A stretch of 64,000 bases of DNA from a virus (Duplodnaviria > Heunggongvirae > Uroviricota > Caudoviricetes), in IMG/VR virus record IMGVR_UViG_3300045744_000007, positions 1 to 64,000 of that record; one strand, given 5' to 3'. The position numbers and the translations under genes are program-made. The notes beneath the pieces were generated by a model, which was not told the origin of the DNA, ran no database searches, and was given only the letters and a program-made list of their open reading frames with translations. This document shows, piece after piece, positions 61,677-64,000 of the stretch. Numbering within the stretch: position 1 is the stretch's first letter; the number at the start of each line of letters is the position of its first letter.

Positions 61677-62802
61677 GATGTTGGCGCTCAAGTACCGTCC
61701 CAAGACCTTCCGGGACGTGGTGGGGCAGAAGGTCACACGGGTCACGCTCGAAGCGATGGTGAGGAAGGAGCAGGTCCCGACCGGCCTGCTCTTCTCCGGT
61801 ATCCGGGGCGCTGGCAAGACGACGATGGGCCGGATCCTGGCCGCCGCCCTGAACTGTGAGCACGAGGACCCCGGAGTCCGTCCCTGCCTGGAGTGTGACG
61901 CCTGTGAGGCTGTCCACTCCGGTTCGTCCATGGCCGTGATCGAGCTGGACGCAGCCTCGAACGGGAACGTGGGGGCGATCCGGGACCTCACGCAGTCTCT
62001 GCGGTACAGCGTGAACGGGAAGACCCGGGTGGTGCTGCTGGACGAGGCGCACTCCATGTCGACGGAGGCGAACAACGCTCTGCTCAAGACGCTGGAGGAG
62101 CCTCCGCCGGACACGGTGTTCGTGCTGTTGACCACGGAGCCCGGCCGGATCCTGGGGACGGTGGTGTCCCGGCTCATGGAGTTCGACTTCGTGAGGATCG
62201 GGATTGATGACGTGGTCGGGCGACTGACCTACATCTGCCAGCAGGAGAAGTTCGACCTCGACCCTGAGCTGCTGGTCCTGATCGCAGAGCGGGCTCAGGG
62301 TGGACTCCGGAACGCGATCATGTCGCTGGACCAGATCAGCCGTGTCGGGATCACGACAGTGGAGGAGTACCGGGAGTTCGTCGGTGACCTCGACTTCGCG
62401 CCCGACCTGGCCCGAGCGATGATCTCCGGCTCGGTTTCGGAGTCTCTCGGGATCCTGGATCGGGTGCTGTCCCGGGTGGGCGACATCAGTGACGTCTCGG
62501 GGCAGATCATCCGGTGCTTCACGGACCTGATGCAGCTCAAGGAGGGTGGAGAGCTGTCCTGGCAGGGCGTTGCCCTGGAGTCGAGGAAGAGCCTCGTGGG
62601 GCGGGTCGAGGTGGAGAAGCTCTTCGCCACCCTTCAGGTCTTTTGGGCCTTCAAGACTCAGATCCGGGTGGGTGAGGACCAGCGGGCGGCTCTGGAGTTG
62701 GCTGTGGTGATGGGGATCAAGGCGCTGGGTGGGGTCACGTCGAAGCCTGCCGCTGTTGCTCCTCGGAGGATGTCCATCAGGGAGCTGGCAGCCGCTCAAT
62801 GA
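61669..62802 (+). CDS. clamp-loader ATPase, DNA pol III tau/gamma-like (DnaX family)
   Basis: LKYRPKTF..., Walker A GIRGAGKTT, zinc module CEHE..C..CDAC, Walker B LLDEAH, sensor motifs. Confidence 0.7.
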   Translation: MPEMLALKYRPKTFRDVVGQKVTRVTLEAMVRKEQVPTGLLFSGIRGAGKTTMGRILAAALNCEHEDPGVRPCLECDACEAVHSGSSMAVIELDAASNGNVGAIRDLTQSLRYSVNGKTRVVLLDEAHSMSTEANNALLKTLEEPPPDTVFVLLTTEPGRILGTVVSRLMEFDFVRIGIDDVVGRLTYICQQEKFDLDPELLVLIAERAQGGLRNAIMSLDQISRVGITTVEEYREFVGDLDFAPDLARAMISGSVSESLGILDRVLSRVGDISDVSGQIIRCFTDLMQLKEGGELSWQGVALESRKSLVGRVEVEKLFATLQVFWAFKTQIRVGEDQRAALELAVVMGIKALGGVTSKPAAVAPRRMSIRELAAAQ

Positions 62803-63539
62803 AGCTTGTGATTACGGCCTTTCAGCGGCCCGGCTACTTCGAGCGTGTCTTGAAGAGCTGGGCCGCTGCGAGAGGTCTACACCGCCTGTCGGGGATCGAG
62901 ATCGCCTTGGAGCCCTCGCATCACCTGAACGAGATGACCTATCTGGCGAACTCGATCATCCCCGAGGCCAACGTCCATCTGAACCCGACGCGGCTCGGTG
63001 TTCTGGAGAACCCGTATCAGGCGTTCCACCGTGCATTCCTTGGCGAACCGGACGACTCCTTCGTGATCCTGGGAGAGGACGACTGTGTCGTCTCCACAGA
63101 CGTGATCGAGTATTTCGAGTGGGCGTCGAGGCGATTCGCGGGGGACCCGTCCGTGCTGGGGGTGTGCGCGTTCTCCTGGAGTCAGCCGGTCCGTGCCGCT
63201 CGGTACGTGAAGCTGGAGTCCGGCTTCTGCCCGATCGTGTGGGGGACGTGGAAGAACCGGTGGGAGACGGTGCTCGGCCCCACCTGGGACCACGACTACT
63301 CGACAGGGAACCCTCCTGGCTTTCAGGCCGGGTGGGACTGGAACATCAACCTTCGGGTGATGGGGGATCGGAAGTTTGTCTGGCCGGTGCAGTCGAGGTC
63401 GAACCACATCGGTAAGTGGGGAGGGACGCACACGCAGCCGGACACCTTCCCCTCGTCCCAGGCTCCGAGCTTCAAGGAAGTTGTGCCGATTCAGGACTAT
63501 GCCGTGACGGAGGCTCAGAACTACAAAGTGACGCAGTAA
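62799..63539 (+). CDS. GT-A fold glycosyltransferase-like protein
   Basis: ATGA overlap; VILGEDDCVVSTD DxD-like region. Confidence 0.5.
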   Translation: MKLVITAFQRPGYFERVLKSWAAARGLHRLSGIEIALEPSHHLNEMTYLANSIIPEANVHLNPTRLGVLENPYQAFHRAFLGEPDDSFVILGEDDCVVSTDVIEYFEWASRRFAGDPSVLGVCAFSWSQPVRAARYVKLESGFCPIVWGTWKNRWETVLGPTWDHDYSTGNPPGFQAGWDWNINLRVMGDRKFVWPVQSRSNHIGKWGGTHTQPDTFPSSQAPSFKEVVPIQDYAVTEAQNYKVTQ

Positions 63540-63568
63540 CCTGCGTGAGCCGTGACGCGATCCCGCCT

Positions 63569-63997
63569 ATGGATGATCTGGACGCCGCGTTCACGCTGCC
63601 AGAGACGGTTGCTGATCCTGGCTTGCGGCGTCTCTACGAAGTGCTGATCACGAGGATGCGGAGAGAGTGCGCGCACCTCCCGCAGACCACGTTGACGACG
63701 CTGCTGATCGAGCGAATTGCGTATAACTACATCGTGCTTCGGTGGAAGGAATCGAGGCCGATGGGTGACGCTGAAGGATTCGCGCACTCGACTGCCCAGA
63801 AGGAATACAACACTTTCTGGTTGGCGATGACTCAGGAGCTGAACAAGGTCGCACGCCAGACGGATAAGGCATTCCGGGACGAATTGGTTGGTGTGCTTTC
63901 CTCGGCAGTGTTTAGGGCCCTGTCGGACGAGGAACCTGAGGTCAGTAAGAGAGTCAGGGCGCGGGTCGCCGCGAGCCTGGAGAACGCCGGTTTCTGA
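63569..63997 (+). CDS. hypothetical protein
   Basis: ATG in frame of track ORF 63416..63997, downstream of previous stop. Confidence 0.4.
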   Translation: MDDLDAAFTLPETVADPGLRRLYEVLITRMRRECAHLPQTTLTTLLIERIAYNYIVLRWKESRPMGDAEGFAHSTAQKEYNTFWLAMTQELNKVARQTDKAFRDELVGVLSSAVFRALSDEEPEVSKRVRARVAASLENAGF

Positions 63998-64000
63998 GAG

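Noticed and set aside
1-64000. Integrase/attP or transposase
   Set aside because: No tyrosine/serine recombinase or transposase motifs were found. The tRNA 5'-half-like segments are internal to the A and D elements rather than att-like duplications at an integration junction.

Overview
The window is a high-GC, single-strand (+) transcribed region of a large actinobacteriophage-like genome. It contains (i) an early/replication region with about 100 small and medium genes, (ii) a tRNA array of about 11 kb (36.0-47.2 kb) and (iii) a second DNA-metabolism block after the array. All coordinates are hand-derived and may be off by 1-2 nt outside the ORF track.

Genes in block (i): FtsK/SpoIIIE translocase, PolA-family DNA polymerase, clamp-loader delta/delta'-like subunits, gp32-like SSB, RuvC-like resolvase, RecA/UvsX, HNH endonuclease, SPFH protein and many zinc-ribbon proteins.

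The tRNA array holds about 33 canonical tRNAs plus several non-canonical tRNA-like RNAs and two secreted-protein genes.

Genes in block (iii): Ro60/Rsr-like TROVE+vWA protein, split SbcC/Rad50 halves, SbcD, Cas4-like nuclease, beta-clamp, a 1000-aa B12-type radical SAM enzyme, two glycosyltransferases, an NAD-epimerase and a tau/gamma clamp loader.

Seventeen copies of a sigma70-like promoter (TTGACA-N17-TAnnnT) and many stem-loop terminators organise transcription.

The most unusual content is a five-member family of tRNA-sized to 170-nt chimeric, tRNA-like RNAs with a conserved bipartite motif and complementary termini. They are embedded in the tRNA array immediately upstream of the Ro60/Rsr homolog, which is consistent with a phage-encoded Ro60-Y-RNA (tRNA-mimic) system.

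Other notable signals are GG-periodic degenerate repeat tracts, three class-I tRNAs with Leu anticodons, a split Rad50/SbcC, and a radical-SAM/glycosyltransferase/epimerase module.
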